A stretch of DNA of 63,565 nucleotides, filler included, from Choristocarpus tenellus KU-1152 (taxonomy: Eukaryota > Protista > Phaeophyceae), in NCBI GenBank assembly GCA_964200185.2. It is 13 parts of 13 records of this genome, joined end to end, with 100 filler letters (N's around TTAATTAATTAA, not from the genome) between each part and the next. Parts side by side here need not be neighbours in the genome. Positions count along the whole stretch, not along the records: positions 38,185 to 43,415 come from CAXNAD020011414.1; positions 43,516 to 48,536 come from CAXNAD020012137.1; positions 48,637 to 52,599 come from CAXNAD020016906.1; positions 52,700 to 56,134 come from CAXNAD020020043.1; 9 more parts are not named here. One strand, written 5' to 3'. The position numbers were made by a program, and so were the translations under genes. The notes beneath the pieces are model-generated. The model saw only the letters and a program-made list of their open reading frames with translations. It did not search any database and was not told the origin of the DNA. This document shows, one piece after another, positions 40,300-52,776 of the stretch; position 1 is the stretch's first letter; each line of letters starts with the position of its first letter.

Positions 40300-41350
40300 G
40301 GTGCGTTCAGATGGAGGAAATGCCCTTACTTTTGACACTTTCACTCAACTGGCATGAAAATCATAGCAGGATAACACAGGCCTCGAATGGACACTTGGCC
40401 CCCCTCTTTAGGATACTATGGGTCATATGTAGAAGAAGAGCGGTTGCTACAATTTTGACCTGCTTTGAGTTACAAAGCCTCTGACTAAAGCTTCCCCTGT
40501 TGTTCCCCTTGACTATCAATGATGGGCGAGTACCAGGTGAAATCTGAGCACGACTTTGAGGAGAAGTGGGACAGGAGGGGCGAGTGCTGCAACATCTCGT
40601 GACCATGATAATAGTGGTCACTACAACCAGATACAATATATGCCAACAAGGAGTTTACTGTTGATTGAATATTTAGCATGGACTTAGGAATAAGAGTTGC
40701 TGGTCGTAAAGGTTGGATTGAAATCTTTCCCCAGGCACTCCTTTTTGGTCCCTTCTTTGTTCAACATCAAGTACTCTGTGTGCGTAGTTTTTCTAGGGGA
40801 CAATTTCTTCTTAGTAATGTTCTTACTGCACAGGGAACGCTCAGATACTCATTAATACTTAGTATATAGTTGGAGCATGGCTGATTTCATACAAACGCAA
40901 CTTGTCTTGCCACCTTCAACGTAGTAGCAGGTACCGCATGGCAAAAAAAAAAGAAGCTTGGAATCATGTTCACCCATGCCACCAAGTCTTAAGAGATACA
41001 GAAGGACCACAGAGCACATTTATAATACTTTGAACAAGTGAATTCTGTTTCATCATAGTTCTGTCTGAGAATACTAAGTGATGACTGAATAAAAATGTCC
41101 ACATCATTTTGTCCCACCAAATACAACCACCCCGTCGAAATCCATGTAAGTGGATCCCTTTGCGGAATAGTAATAGCCCAAAGAAGACCCAAATATTGTT
41201 CTGGACGGCAAACGTTGTTGAGTAAAATTGTCTTGACGTTTGTTGGTCGACGAACGGACATTCTGCACAGCCCTTCCTTGTGCTAGACGATGGACATTTA
41301 AAGAGCAGAGTAGTAGACAAGGGTGTTGATTGCATCCATTCATTAACCCT
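40300..41350 (-). mobile_element. Very degenerate Gypsy-like RT/RNase H remnant
   Basis: Faint vestiges only, e.g. EGLCRMSVRRPTN resembling GLxExxMPFGLTN. Confidence 0.25.
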
Positions 41351-43791
41351 AAAACTTCATACTACTACAGGAAAATCTTTTGCATACATAAACCAGAGTT
41401 ACAGGATGTATCATGTTTTTAGGTATAATTTAGTGTGTTTGAAAACAAGAAAACACTAAGAATACAATAAATATAGATACTAATCGAAACCACTCCTCCT
41501 AAACTGGTATTATGAAGGTAGTTTATAGAATCAAGGAAAGGATCGATCCCACGAGTCTATCAGGTTCAGTCTTGCCCACCAAACCAACCCAATGTCTCCG
41601 ACATGAATTTCATCACTCACATGTGTTGATACAATAATGAATAGAAATTGCCCCCTGTGTTGTGACTGACACAATCTGTCACAGGAGGAGCCCTTCAGTA
41701 TAAATAGTTCATTCGACCGTAAGGCGTTTAAGTTTTGAATACCATTCAGAACACGTTTTTAGTGATTAGGTGTATTAGTCTGTCTCGGACACAAATTTTC
41801 TAGGCACTGATATTAGAAGTATCAAAAGCATGTTTTAGAGGCGTTATTTCCAAAAGTGGCGAAATGAACCTCACCTTTAAAAAAAAAGAGTAAGTAATGG
41901 AGGGATGAAGTCGTGTCGTATACATAATAGGTGTCAATACGTCATAGGAAGTCGTGTTCGCTAATCAGATTAACTATACCATGGAAGGCCTCTCCATTTT
42001 AACCCGTCCTAGGAGCTGTGCCTGACCGCAGATGGCATGTGCAACAGGGCCTACTCTTTACGAGGAATCAATTGGTGACCACTCGCCACTCTGATTCGAT
42101 GGGAGGATTCGGTGGGAGGATGTGAGTATATGGTTTGTGGAGTGTACACATCGTCACTGTTGTTCTACATGCATGGTGTTGAATCTGTAAACAGAAGAGG
42201 ATGTCGGACGGACGGTCGAGCGAACTATTTGTGATGTCCTGTGTTATATGTATCTACAACTTGTTACCTAATGTGATGCACACCTCGTCCAACCATGGAG
42301 GGAGACTTGGGACGTCTGGGAAATTCTCCAAGGAGATCAAGTCCAGTCAAGATGCTGGCTTTGGCAGGGCTTAGTATTCTCAGGACAAGTGGTGGAACTC
42401 CCCAGCCTGAGCTAGCTTTTGCCCCATCTTGGAGCAAGACTGGACTAGAACCAGCTCGTCTACCCAGACGTCTATACACAGAGAAGACGCATGTACATTG
42501 GAGGTACTTCGAGGATCAACTCTCGATCCTAATGCAAGGGCGATTCCCCTATTAAATATACCAGCCCCACCGCACGTATAAAATGTCGACCTCTATTTCT
42601 TGGCCCTGCGCGTACTCCACTTCAATCAGACTCACAAAACTACAAACGGAGGTGGACTCGAGTAATGGAGGAGAGGGACCGGACGATGTATTCGTTGAAA
42701 AAAATTCAAGTGAATGGCTTCAGGAGAAGCTCTGCAAACTCAGGTGAAATTCACCTTGGTTTGATCAAAGGGATCGATCACTAGGACGAGACACTACTAC
42801 TGTTGAAGTACGAGGCACATTACTTGATATACTGCGGTCTTGAACTCGATCAGGTTTCAGTACGAGGATATGAAACCAGAGGCAAAACCCTTACCGGTCA
42901 GGATGATGGGTGGCACACGCAAGAAAGCTGTGGCATCGCATGTGCTCTACCAAAGGTGAGTGGATGACCTATAGAGCTCTTCTCAGCGGACGCGCGAATG
43001 TGATTTGCACCATTTTTTTGTGTGCCTTTCAAGCGTGTTTACAAGCTCGTATATACCCATTGAATAGAAAATCCTATTGCTTCGTATAACAGACTTCTTG
43101 CTTTGCCATCAATATGAAGTGTAGATAAAAGGCTAGGTGCGCTCTTTGCGTTAGTAGTGTACTTCGATTGTACATGCCAAAGTCAGCTATTGCAAGGTGG
43201 AAGCCCAGAGCTTTTTTGTTTCTCCTCGTGCCTTGAACACATGCTTGGTGACTGTGGACTTGTATGGGAATTTTTTTTATGCGTGTGTGTGTAAAAACAT
43301 GAAAGTTTTTCAAAAAGAGTCCTAAATCTTGTAGATCAGTTGGTTTGTTGGGACAATGTTGGGGGGGGGGGGGGGGGGGGGCGGGCGGGGGCGGGGGGGG
43401 GGGGGGGGGGGGGGGNNNNNNNNNNNNNNNNNNNNNNNNNNNNNNNNNNNNNNNNNNNNTTAATTAATTAANNNNNNNNNNNNNNNNNNNNNNNNNNNNN
43501 NNNNNNNNNNNNNNNACCCGGGGGAGGGGGGGGGGGAGGGGGTATGATACTCAGCGGCCTGGCCTACCTAGTGCTGAAAGAAAAAACTGTTCACTTTGTC
43601 TGTGATTTTGCACACACACATACTACATGGTCACCCGAAATCAAGCATTTGGTTGACAGGGTTGCTAAACACGGGATAACTATATCAAATTAGGTTGAAT
43701 AGGAGGACACAGAGAGCTTTCACAACAGCTGTAACCCAACAAGAGGAGGAGTAGAGCGCCGCCATCCCACCAACGTTGACAGCTCCCTCAC

Positions 43792-44706
43792 CTTTTTGTA
43801 CATTTTGCGGATCTCTGCTAGTGACACTTCTTTTTTCTTCGTCTGTCGCTTGATAGCTTCTTCGAGCTCGTGCTAAAAATATACCTTATCGTACAGCGTG
43901 CGCTCAACCACACTCTTGGTCGCGCCGTTGAATGCTATAAGTGTGGCGGTGCAGTGGGCGAACGGGGCAAGGGGTAGATGGGAAGCGGTTGCGGGACACA
44001 CGTGGCAGGCAGTAGTGAGCAACATGTTGCTGCTGACAGAAAGACGACAAGGGATAAAAAAGATCAACAACGAAAAGATCAACAACGAAAAGATCAACAA
44101 CGGGCTGACTGACGATGAACCAAACAAAGGAAACACGGCAACAACTTGGTAGATCAGAAGAGTCATCAGTCGATCATGGAACAACGACAACACTCAACTT
44201 ACTTAGTTGCTTAGTTGATCAGAAGAGTCTGGCGATCATAGAACAACGACAACACTCCATCACCCATCGTTGGCAATTAGCCTCTCTTCTGCTTGGTTGA
44301 ACTCCATTTAGACCCACATCATGAAAGCGCATTCGTTATCAAACTCTCTCTTCAGCACCGTTATTCTATGGTTTCCGTCCAGTATTCGTCATTGAACGAC
44401 AAGCGCAGTGTCGGCGGTGAGCTGGTCCCCGTTGCCTAAGCAGTCTCATTGGATGATGACGGACAGAGCAAACTGCTTGAGCCAGCCTTTTTCACGGATG
44501 GAGTTGCTGATGCGCGCAAGGTCACGCTCGCTCAGGGGACGCACCATCTCCGTGCATGTGATGTTGCCGAGTTTCATCTTGTACGTGCTGAGGTAGTGAT
44601 GTTCGAGGAGCGAGGACATGCCCTTGGCATTGCTGTACGATGCTCTCGATCCGTGGGCAACACCATCAGCGCGCAGGGGGGTCGTTGTTGAGCAAATGTT
44701 GGACAT
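43792..44706 (-). pseudogene. ParB-like gene, copy 2 (exon 1 44706-44268, exon 2 43934-43792)
   Basis: Homologous to 17829-18267 with the same 439-nt exon 1, but it has in-frame stops and a GT>AT donor mutation. Exon 2 joins in phase: AFNGATKSVVERTLYDKVYF*HELEEAIKRQTKKKEVSLAEIRKMYKK|GT. Confidence 0.7.
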
Positions 44707-44789
44707 GGCGAAGATTGGGAGGGTGTGACGGGGATAGATAAGAAAGAGCTACTGGTGGTATGTGCGGAAGGGAAGGAATGGAAATGAGG

Positions 44790-45620
44790 AGTGAGGGCTG
44801 GGAGGTGCTGCTTTATTTCATGTGATCCGTCGGTCCCCAAAGAACTCAGATTTCTCTTTCCGTTGATAATTGTGTTCTAAAAAATACGAACTTCGAACAG
44901 TATATGATTTCATATTTAAAACAGATAGAGAGAGTATCAGTTTTTTGTGACCTTTTCGTTTCGGAACATTTCGAACGTATTAGATCAACGAAATATGTGG
45001 TTTATATTTATATTTGTTGATATTAAGAATACAATATAATTTTTATTTCATAAAGACCCTAATGCACGTTGTTTGCGGTTCAAGGGTTTCGGGTGGTCCG
45101 ACGGATCGCCCGAAACTCAAAAACCGCTTTTTGTCGACAATTGTATTTATACAAATGTCGAACAATATAAGATTTTGTACTTAAAACAATTAGAGGGTGT
45201 CAGTTTTTTTAGACCTTTTGGTTTCGGATCATTGGAAACGTACAAGATCAATTAAGTATGTGCTTTGTATTTCAAAAAAATTGAAATAACGAATATAATC
45301 GAATTTTTAATTTCTAAAAACCATATTGCACGTATTTTCCGGATCATGGATCTCAGGGTGGTCCGACGGATAGCCCGAGGCTCAAACATTGTTCATACGC
45401 CCAGCTTCGAATTCAATTCTATCGTGCCCAAGACCGACTGTTGCCTGAGACCAGATTAGAATCTAGTTTTTATTTCATCACAGCGAGAATAAATGTGTTT
45501 TCCAGAACACGGATTTTATTTTGGTCTGACGGGTCTCTTCAAACTCAAACATCGTATGCCCGGCTTTGAATTCAATTCACTCCTAGACCTTTTCACTGCC
45601 CAAGACTGCCTGTTGCCCGA
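44790..45620. repeat. Intergenic repeat array, copy 2 (shorter than copy 1)
   Basis: Reverse-complement homology to 16400-17790, with fewer units. Confidence 0.7.
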
Positions 45621-45627
45621 AAACACC

Positions 45628-48445
45628 ATGACAGTTGCTCCCACAGCAAGGGGGTGACTTTTGTCGCCTGCGCCGCCCCCTGTGTTGCCCCTTCATCAGC
45701 CCGCCAACAATGATGCGCTGGAGCATTCTACCAATGATGCTTCAGCGACCGACGCCAAGCTTCACCGAGAATGGGCTCAACCCATCCCAGTCAATGAACA
45801 GGGTGACTGCTGCAAGCGCTTAGCCTGTGTGAAGAAGGTCGCGGCAGATAGCGAGTCCTTCCTTGCCCGCACATTGGCCAAAGAGCAGGACATCATCCGA
45901 GCGTGTGAGAACCGCCGCGATTGCAAGCAACTCGTTGGTGACCATTTACCTGCCATTAAGTTGGGGCCTGGAGGCGGATCTTTGCTCGCGGCCGGCATTC
46001 CCGTTTGTACACAGTTTTTAAGGCATCGTTCGGAATATCCAATCATATCATCGACGCTTGCAAAGGTACACCTAACGCAAGAGCATCCTCCGGCGTGGAG
46101 AGGTGGGTTTGATGCATGTACACACACCCTGCGTTGGAGTTAGTTGCAAACCGTGTGACCCGGCAGTACGTAGAAGAAGTGTATCGAAGGAGCATTTCGA
46201 GCGGTGGGTATTTATTACTTTGACCGGTCTGAGATTATGGTTAAAAAAAGAATGAGAAGTTTCGTACGAAGTACTATATGTTTCTTTGTTATGTCGAGAC
46301 TACAATGATGATTATGATACTCTTCGTCGCTTTTACGGAGGAAGGCACAGTAACTGTTATTTCACCGCTGTGTACATCTACTCTGCGGCCCCGGGCCCGG
46401 TCTGACCTTGGTAGTAAAAGTGTGTACTTCGTATGTCTCAAGCACTTCGCGATGATGATGATGATGGTAGATTCGCCTCCTTTAGTGCTTCTGCAGTCGG
46501 CAGCGAGACCCGAACAGAATGACGCTCTTGGCAGATTTATGAAGATCATTCTATTTGCTCTTTCATTACGCACGATGTAAGCTTGCTTGATCCTGTCTTC
46601 CGTGTTGTCAGTTAAGTTATTGGTCATCCTCCTTCGAGAGATCATGCAGTGGTGTTCTTCGAGTGTTCCTTCTCAACAATTCCTCACTTGCCCACACAAC
46701 CAACATTATTAATTAGGAGCTATGCAAGGATTTTTGCAAAGAGGCAATACTGGTGTATCCTGACGACACTTCCAAGCGGGTAAGCAAGGCGCACTTCCTC
46801 CGATTGCTCAGAGAGGATAGGCCCAACATCAGGGTGAGGGTAGGAGGCGAATTTATGAAATGTGACATATGTGTCACGTTAAAAGAAAAGTGGCACAGTG
46901 CGCCTGGTGTAAAACCCACTAACGACTCCACCGTCCTCGAGTCCATCGACAAGGAGCTGTCAGACCATCGAAAGGTAGGTATCCAGCGTTAATTTGGCAA
47001 CAATCGTACAGTGGCAACATGTCGCCGTCATTGCCCTCCATTGGGAACAACATCTGTTGCCTTTTGCGAATGAAGACTCCGATGCAGGTGCTTATGGCAG
47101 CAGCAGCAGCCTCACTCAGAGCAAAACTGTTGTTATTAGTTGCCCAAACACCTTGTGTGATAGACTGTTTCCTGGTCGTCTACAACGGGCTGTGGGAGGG
47201 ACATGTGATGTTGCGGTCTTCCGGCCATGTACGTACGTACTTGCTCCTGTGCCGATAATACTGTCTTTGCCTTGAATGCAGCAGTAAAAATAGGAGCAAA
47301 GACAAACATTTATTGTTACCTACACTCTAATTTTGTCACGTACCTGGTACGTGTTAACAAGTGGCCATTTTTTTACACCTCTAAGCAGATTTTTTTCATT
47401 TACAGACGTGATGTTGCTCTCCCCCATTCGCCAGATTATCCAAGCGGATCGGCTGGTCATCGCCAACAAAACCAGCAGCACCATGCGGGCCAAAGCCGAC
47501 GGCAAACCTCTCGGCGTCGTGTTCATGTCTGTAGACGCGGTGAACCAGACATCCCACGACCTCCCAGCACATTACCCACCTACCCACGGCTGTGACAGGT
47601 AACCACACGCACGCATAGTCCATTTGTCAACAAGTTTGGAGCCGCACGCAGAACAGAATAGATCACCCTGTTTTATTTTACGAATGAGTGCAAAGTCCCA
47701 AGAAATGACCGACAAAACAGACAGACATAATTCCACTACCTATTCCGTTCATCATGATGATGACGCACCGTAACACCTTTCTTTACACTTTTCTTTGGTT
47801 CATGTCCTTGTCATCAGGGGCTACTTCGAGCGCCAGAAGATCATGGTCGCACACATCGAAGGCCAGTTCGCCGAGGTGTTCACTCCTCTAAATCTTGGAG
47901 AAGGTACGTATTGTTGGTTGTGACTCAACAATCGCACAACCGAATAGATGCTGGTTGCGCACGCACCACTTGATTTACCGTCATCATGGTGAGGGGACCC
48001 GCCGCAGGTTAGATTCCCGAGGACGAGTACATCCTTGCACGATTTTCCTACAGATACCGCAGGCCTGGTGAACAGTCGATTAACTGATGATGTGCCGTGC
48101 TCCCCTCCCCTCGTACGCCTCAGCTTCGGAAGGGCGAGAGGAGCATAAGAGCTAATCAAGGAGGAGGGAAACTGACAGATATGCATATCAGCCAGTGGGG
48201 TGTATGTGCTCTACATCGCAAAAACACATTTCATTACTCCTCTTTTTTGCTCCAAGTAAACAATGCGTAAGTAAGCAGAGTACTATTTGCCAACTAACGA
48301 CAGACATCATTGTTCACGCAGGTTGTAACCTTGTCTGCAAAGCCACCCACCTTGCCCTCACAAGGCTTATCGACAAGTACCACAACAGCCTCGATCACGT
48401 GGGGGGGTTGCACCATCCAGCACCCGCATTGGCAGTTAAGAAAGT
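45628..48445 (+). pseudogene. Intron-containing Sola3/DUF7869-like transposase, copy 2 (5' two-thirds)
   Basis: Exons: ~45628-46250 (CCKRLAC, GIPVCTQF); 46717-46974 (HFLRLLREDRPNIRVR..EFMKCDICVTLK...H); 47435-47598 (FMSVDAVNQTSHDLP, compare IDGMDQxKxxLP); 47818-47902; and 48322 onward (GCNLVC..HLALTRL). The last three junctions are in phase. Exon 1 has frameshifts. Confidence 0.65.
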
Positions 48446-48449
48446 TTCA

Positions 48450-48536
48450 GGGTCAAATTATCTGGGGGGGTGGTGTCGGCGTCCGTGTTTCACCCTTTTT
48501 TCGATTCTCACTTTGTTGGTGTGATTTGGTCGCCCG
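48450..48536 (+). mobile_element. MITE family A, 5' part, interrupting the Sola3-like transposase
   Basis: GGGTCAAATTATCTGGGGGGG followed by the family A body. Confidence 0.65.
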
Positions 48537-48636
48537 NNNNNNNNNNNNNNNNNNNNNNNNNNNNNNNNNNNNNNNNNNNNTTAATTAATTAANNNNNNNN
48601 NNNNNNNNNNNNNNNNNNNNNNNNNNNNNNNNNNNN

Positions 48637-48822
48637 CATCAAAATCAAAACATTGTATTGTGACCCCCAAATGGACGCGGCTCTACCCTCTAAGATACTT
48701 TGGCTCTTTACCTACTCCGAAACATTTTGGAGTAGGAAAATATCATAAAAAGAGACCATGGGAAGCCAAGCCCCAAATGGACAAACAGGGGAAAACTCGT
48801 ACTCTCTAAGATAATTTCACTC
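48637..48822. mobile_element. Two nested or abutting MITE family B copies in opposite orientation
   Basis: The right end ...GATACTTTGGCTC (48706) is followed immediately by the middle of a reverse copy ending ...GATAATTTCACTC (48822). Confidence 0.7.
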
Positions 48823-49395
48823 TTCTAGCCAAAGCTCAGCATGATTAGTTTGGAGTATATTTTCAATACCTGGCAAACCCTAGTAATGCAACATTATTCA
48901 AGTATAAGGAAATGGCCTACACCATGTCATATTTTCAAACAAGAGAGAGAGAATAAACTCTTACTATACCGGTCTTACCAACCTGGTCATCTTCATAAAA
49001 ATGGAGAATTTTATTATCAGTTAGTAGCCCCAACAGAAGTCCAGGGTTTAGTTTTACATGCCCCACATGGACATAAAGTTGCAGCCTATGTTGCTTTCAA
49101 GCACACGTTTGACCATATAAGAGATAGATTTTGGTGGCCAACCTTACATAAAGATGTTAGGAAGTGGTATGAAACTTGCCAGTCATGTCGAAGACAGAAG
49201 ACCACCCACACCCTACTCCACTACCTACAGGGCGTATGCCTGTTACATGTCCGTTTCAAGGGCTTGCTATTGACCTGGTTAAAAATAAGACCACATCAAA
49301 CGGCACAATATAGGTGTTACCCACCGTAGACCATCTTACAAGATTCGAAATCTTCATTGATATTGCAAATAAGCAACAACAAAACCGTGGATAAA

Positions 49396-49575
49396 GGTTC
49401 AAAGTATCTGGGGGGGGATGATGGCTGTCCAATTGGGGTCAATTTTTTGTTGTTGCGATTTTTCGGTGATTTGGTTGCATTTGTCGGATGGATAGTGTAA
49501 ATGCACTTTTCCTGGTCATGGTCCAAATGGGCATCCTGATGTAGACCCCTCCCTCCCCCCCAGATACTTCGGTCC
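49396..49575 (+). mobile_element. MITE family A inserted in the Gypsy integrase
   Basis: Both TIRs are present. Confidence 0.85.
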
Positions 49576-50578
49576 AAAGCTCTTGTCGACCGTCTCTTTT
49601 TTTTTGGTCCTCCTGAAACACTCCAATCTGGCCAGGGCAAATAATTTGAGAAAAAAAAATCCTGGCTGAGTTGCGTAAAGTGTATGGGTATCATAAAGCC
49701 AAGGCCACAGGATATCAACCTCAAGGCAATAGCATATGTGAACAAATTCATTCCAAGATGCATGTTATGCTGACCATGTAATCAAATATAGACCAATCTG
49801 ACTGGGCTGCATTATTGCCCTTTGTACAGCTAGTACACAATACAGCCTGTAATACCACTATTCAGGAAAATCCATTCTTTCTAATGTTTGGAAGGCGCCC
49901 ATTTTTACCAACCAATTGATCTTGTTTTGGGGAACTCTGAGGGCACCCCCATAACTGTACAAGAATATAGTATAAGAACAGTAGAAAATTTAAAGCTAGC
50001 ATATGAACTTGCCTGGAAAAATATGGGTGAGATGGCACTAGAGAACAAATCTAAGAATATGAACCACAAACTCCCACTATACAGACCCGGAGATAATGTG
50101 TGACCTTACTAACCACATACTTCAGGTGATGCACCAAACCCCAATTTATTGTCCCCATTAGAGAGGACCTTATGAAGTGAAGGCATGTTTAACACCCCTT
50201 GTTTATCGCGTAAAACAATTGGAAGACCAACGTGAAGTGACAGTTCATGTGGCCAGACTTAAGCTGTTAAGAATATGCTGTTTATTCGTTTAAAAAATAA
50301 GATTATGTAGAAGAAACAATCTAAGGATGAAGAGACAATGTTTGTGTTCTGAAGGATAGAAAATATTATGGGGTTTCAACAACTAGAACATGTAAGAGTT
50401 CAGGGATAGGAAGTATTGTAAGAAATAATATGTGATTAGTTTGATTAGTCATTCACAGAATATAATTGATTTGGTGGCAAGGACCCCCCCTCTTGGGCTT
50501 GGATTTGCACTCCTCCTTTCACCTTCCTTGCTTCATGTACAGCCTGTTCTCCACAATAAGGAATCAATCGAGTCATTT

Positions 50579-50836
50579 GAGTGAAAGTATCTTAGAGGGT
50601 ACGAGTTTTTCCCTGTTTGTCCATTTAGGGCTTGGCTTCCCACGGGTATTTTATTATATATTACCTACTCCAAAATGGTCCGGAGTAGAAAAAATGTACA
50701 TATTATGAAAAGGAATGTTCCGAACAAAGATATTGATATCTCCTAGCAAACATGATAGTCAAAATTACATCGAAATTGCAACATTGGATTTTGGCCCCCA
50801 AAGGACGCGGCTCTACCCTCTAAGATACTTCGACTC
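50579..50836 (+). mobile_element. MITE family B (258 bp), complete copy
   Basis: TIRs GAGTGAAAGTATCTTAGAGGGTA ... TACCCTCTAAGATACTTCGACTC, with perfect TSD ATTT. Internal hairpin CTACTCC/GGAGTAG. Confidence 0.88.
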
Positions 50837-52699
50837 ATTTACATACACAAGCCCTGGGAACATCAGTTCCTTTAACATAACCCTTTAAGGAAGGAACAGC
50901 CACTGAACCTGACATATGCCCTTTATTCACTCTTTTTAGGCTGGGTATTATCCGAACCAAAAGTTGATCAGGGGTCAAAGACACAGCCAGCTATTGGGTC
51001 TTACAATGTAGAGGGCGGCATTGTTGACCATAAAACGGGGGGAAGGAAGAAAGACCACTCACAATTATTTATACCATCTTCGCCTTGAAGGATATTTACC
51101 AGCCAGTGATGTATGGGGCAAACCCACTGAAATATCTGAATGTGCAGAGTTGATCGCAGCCTATTGGGAAGAGAACAAGTTGGATCTCACTAAAGTAAGA
51201 GGCACTGACCAAGCAACTGGTCATAAAAGAAAGATTCCTGCCACTACAACAGTCGAAGAACTTTAATTACAACCAACCAGATGTCCACCTTACAAGCCAC
51301 AAAAACTCCTCTGATACTTGTGATAACCCTCCTTGTGGAACGGAAAGTGCGATAAATGCCTCTATACTAGTGGGTTGCCGGCCTGGTGAGTTGCCACCAG
51401 ATATTTATTTTTCACTACCAAGAGGGGGGAAGCGACGCCGATGAATTCTTGAAGACCGTACCTTGACTCAGTCCGGGTGGTATTTCGAGCTTAACAGACG
51501 ACTCGGAGCTCAAGGGGTAGGAAGATAACTCTTATCTGGAAACACAAACACGGGTTGGTCCTACTGGGAAGGGGGGGGGGGGGTATGATTGTGCCAGTGG
51601 CTCAGTCTTGTATCCACCAGCCCTCAAGTGTGAGATAGTGTTTGTTTTGTTGGGTTGTATGCGATTTTGCAAATAGCTTGTATCTCTTTTAGACGCCAGA
51701 CAGGGGTTTGCATACTGTTGGATTATGGTCTTGATACTTTCATAGAGAAGAATGCGTACTCAAAGAACATCAACAGGATATGAGCCTTGAAGAGAAGAAG
51801 AAGGTACCCTTTGTCCTGTCAAAAAGGGGGCGATATCAAGTATTTTGTTTGTTTACACCCTCCTACATTGTTACATGGACCATATCCACAATTCCTTTTC
51901 GAACAATCAAGGCCAATTTGTCCGTGTACAAGACTAACGTGCAAATTACATCGTTACCGATTTTGAATGTGAGAAGGTGAGGGATGAGCTGCTTATCAGA
52001 GAGGTGGATAAAGCTGAATCTTGTCCAAATTGTTGAGTCTCCTAGGGTGTCACACTCAGTAAGGAAGTGGATGGCCAAGATAAGCATGCCAGTCCTTCTG
52101 GGTTAAGGTTTCTCCTTACAATAGTCTACCATATTTTACTTATAATTCTTGCTAATTGATGCAAATCTGTTGTGGGTGCAGCAAGTGCAAGGAAATCACA
52201 AACTAGACAGGTGCAGTTTGATGGCTTGCAGGTTTTGATTGAGTAAAGGGCTACATATTTCTCGCTGAAGGTTTCAATGAAGAGAAATGGGATGCAACTT
52301 CCTCATCACCCCGCAACTTCTGATGCACGCTGACCAAGGCCTATCTAAGTCTTAACAGTTGGTGGAACAACAAAAAAGACAAGATTTTGTGTGAAAGACA
52401 TGACGAATGTCTTGCCTACATGTGTCTGGTGACTACAGTCATTTAATGGAGTCAATAAGTTAGTTTGAGGAAGGTGGATTCCTTGTGTATGTGAATGTTT
52501 CATCAATATTCAGGGATGTAGGGTCGTTTTGGTTCAGCAAGGAGGCTCAAATTATCTGGGAGGGGGTGACGGCTGTCCATTTGGGGTCAATTTTTTCATN
52601 NNNNNNNNNNNNNNNNNNNNNNNNNNNNNNNNNNNNNNNNNNNTTAATTAATTAANNNNNNNNNNNNNNNNNNNNNNNNNNNNNNNNNNNNNNNNNNNN

Positions 52700-52776
52700 C
52701 ATACGAACCCCAATGGAAACCAAGCCTCAAATGGACAAACAGGGCAAAATTCGTACCCTCTAAGATACTTCCACTC
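52700..52776 (-). mobile_element. MITE family B end, inserted in the Sola2-like transposase
   Basis: ...GTACCCTCTAAGATACTTCCACTC. Confidence 0.75.

Larger units (their letters stand above)
48823..51270 (+). mobile_element. Gypsy (chromovirus-like) integrase plus chromodomain remnant, same family as 30500-33540
   Basis: 48823-49290 is homologous to 33075-33540 (HTFDHIRDRFWWPTL..CQSC). It continues with W..LLPFVQLVHNT, PFFLMFGR, GPYEV and VHVARLK, then a chromo-like IVDHK...YLYHLRLEGY.PASDVW. A PPT-like purine tract is at ~51566-51583. Confidence 0.85.
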
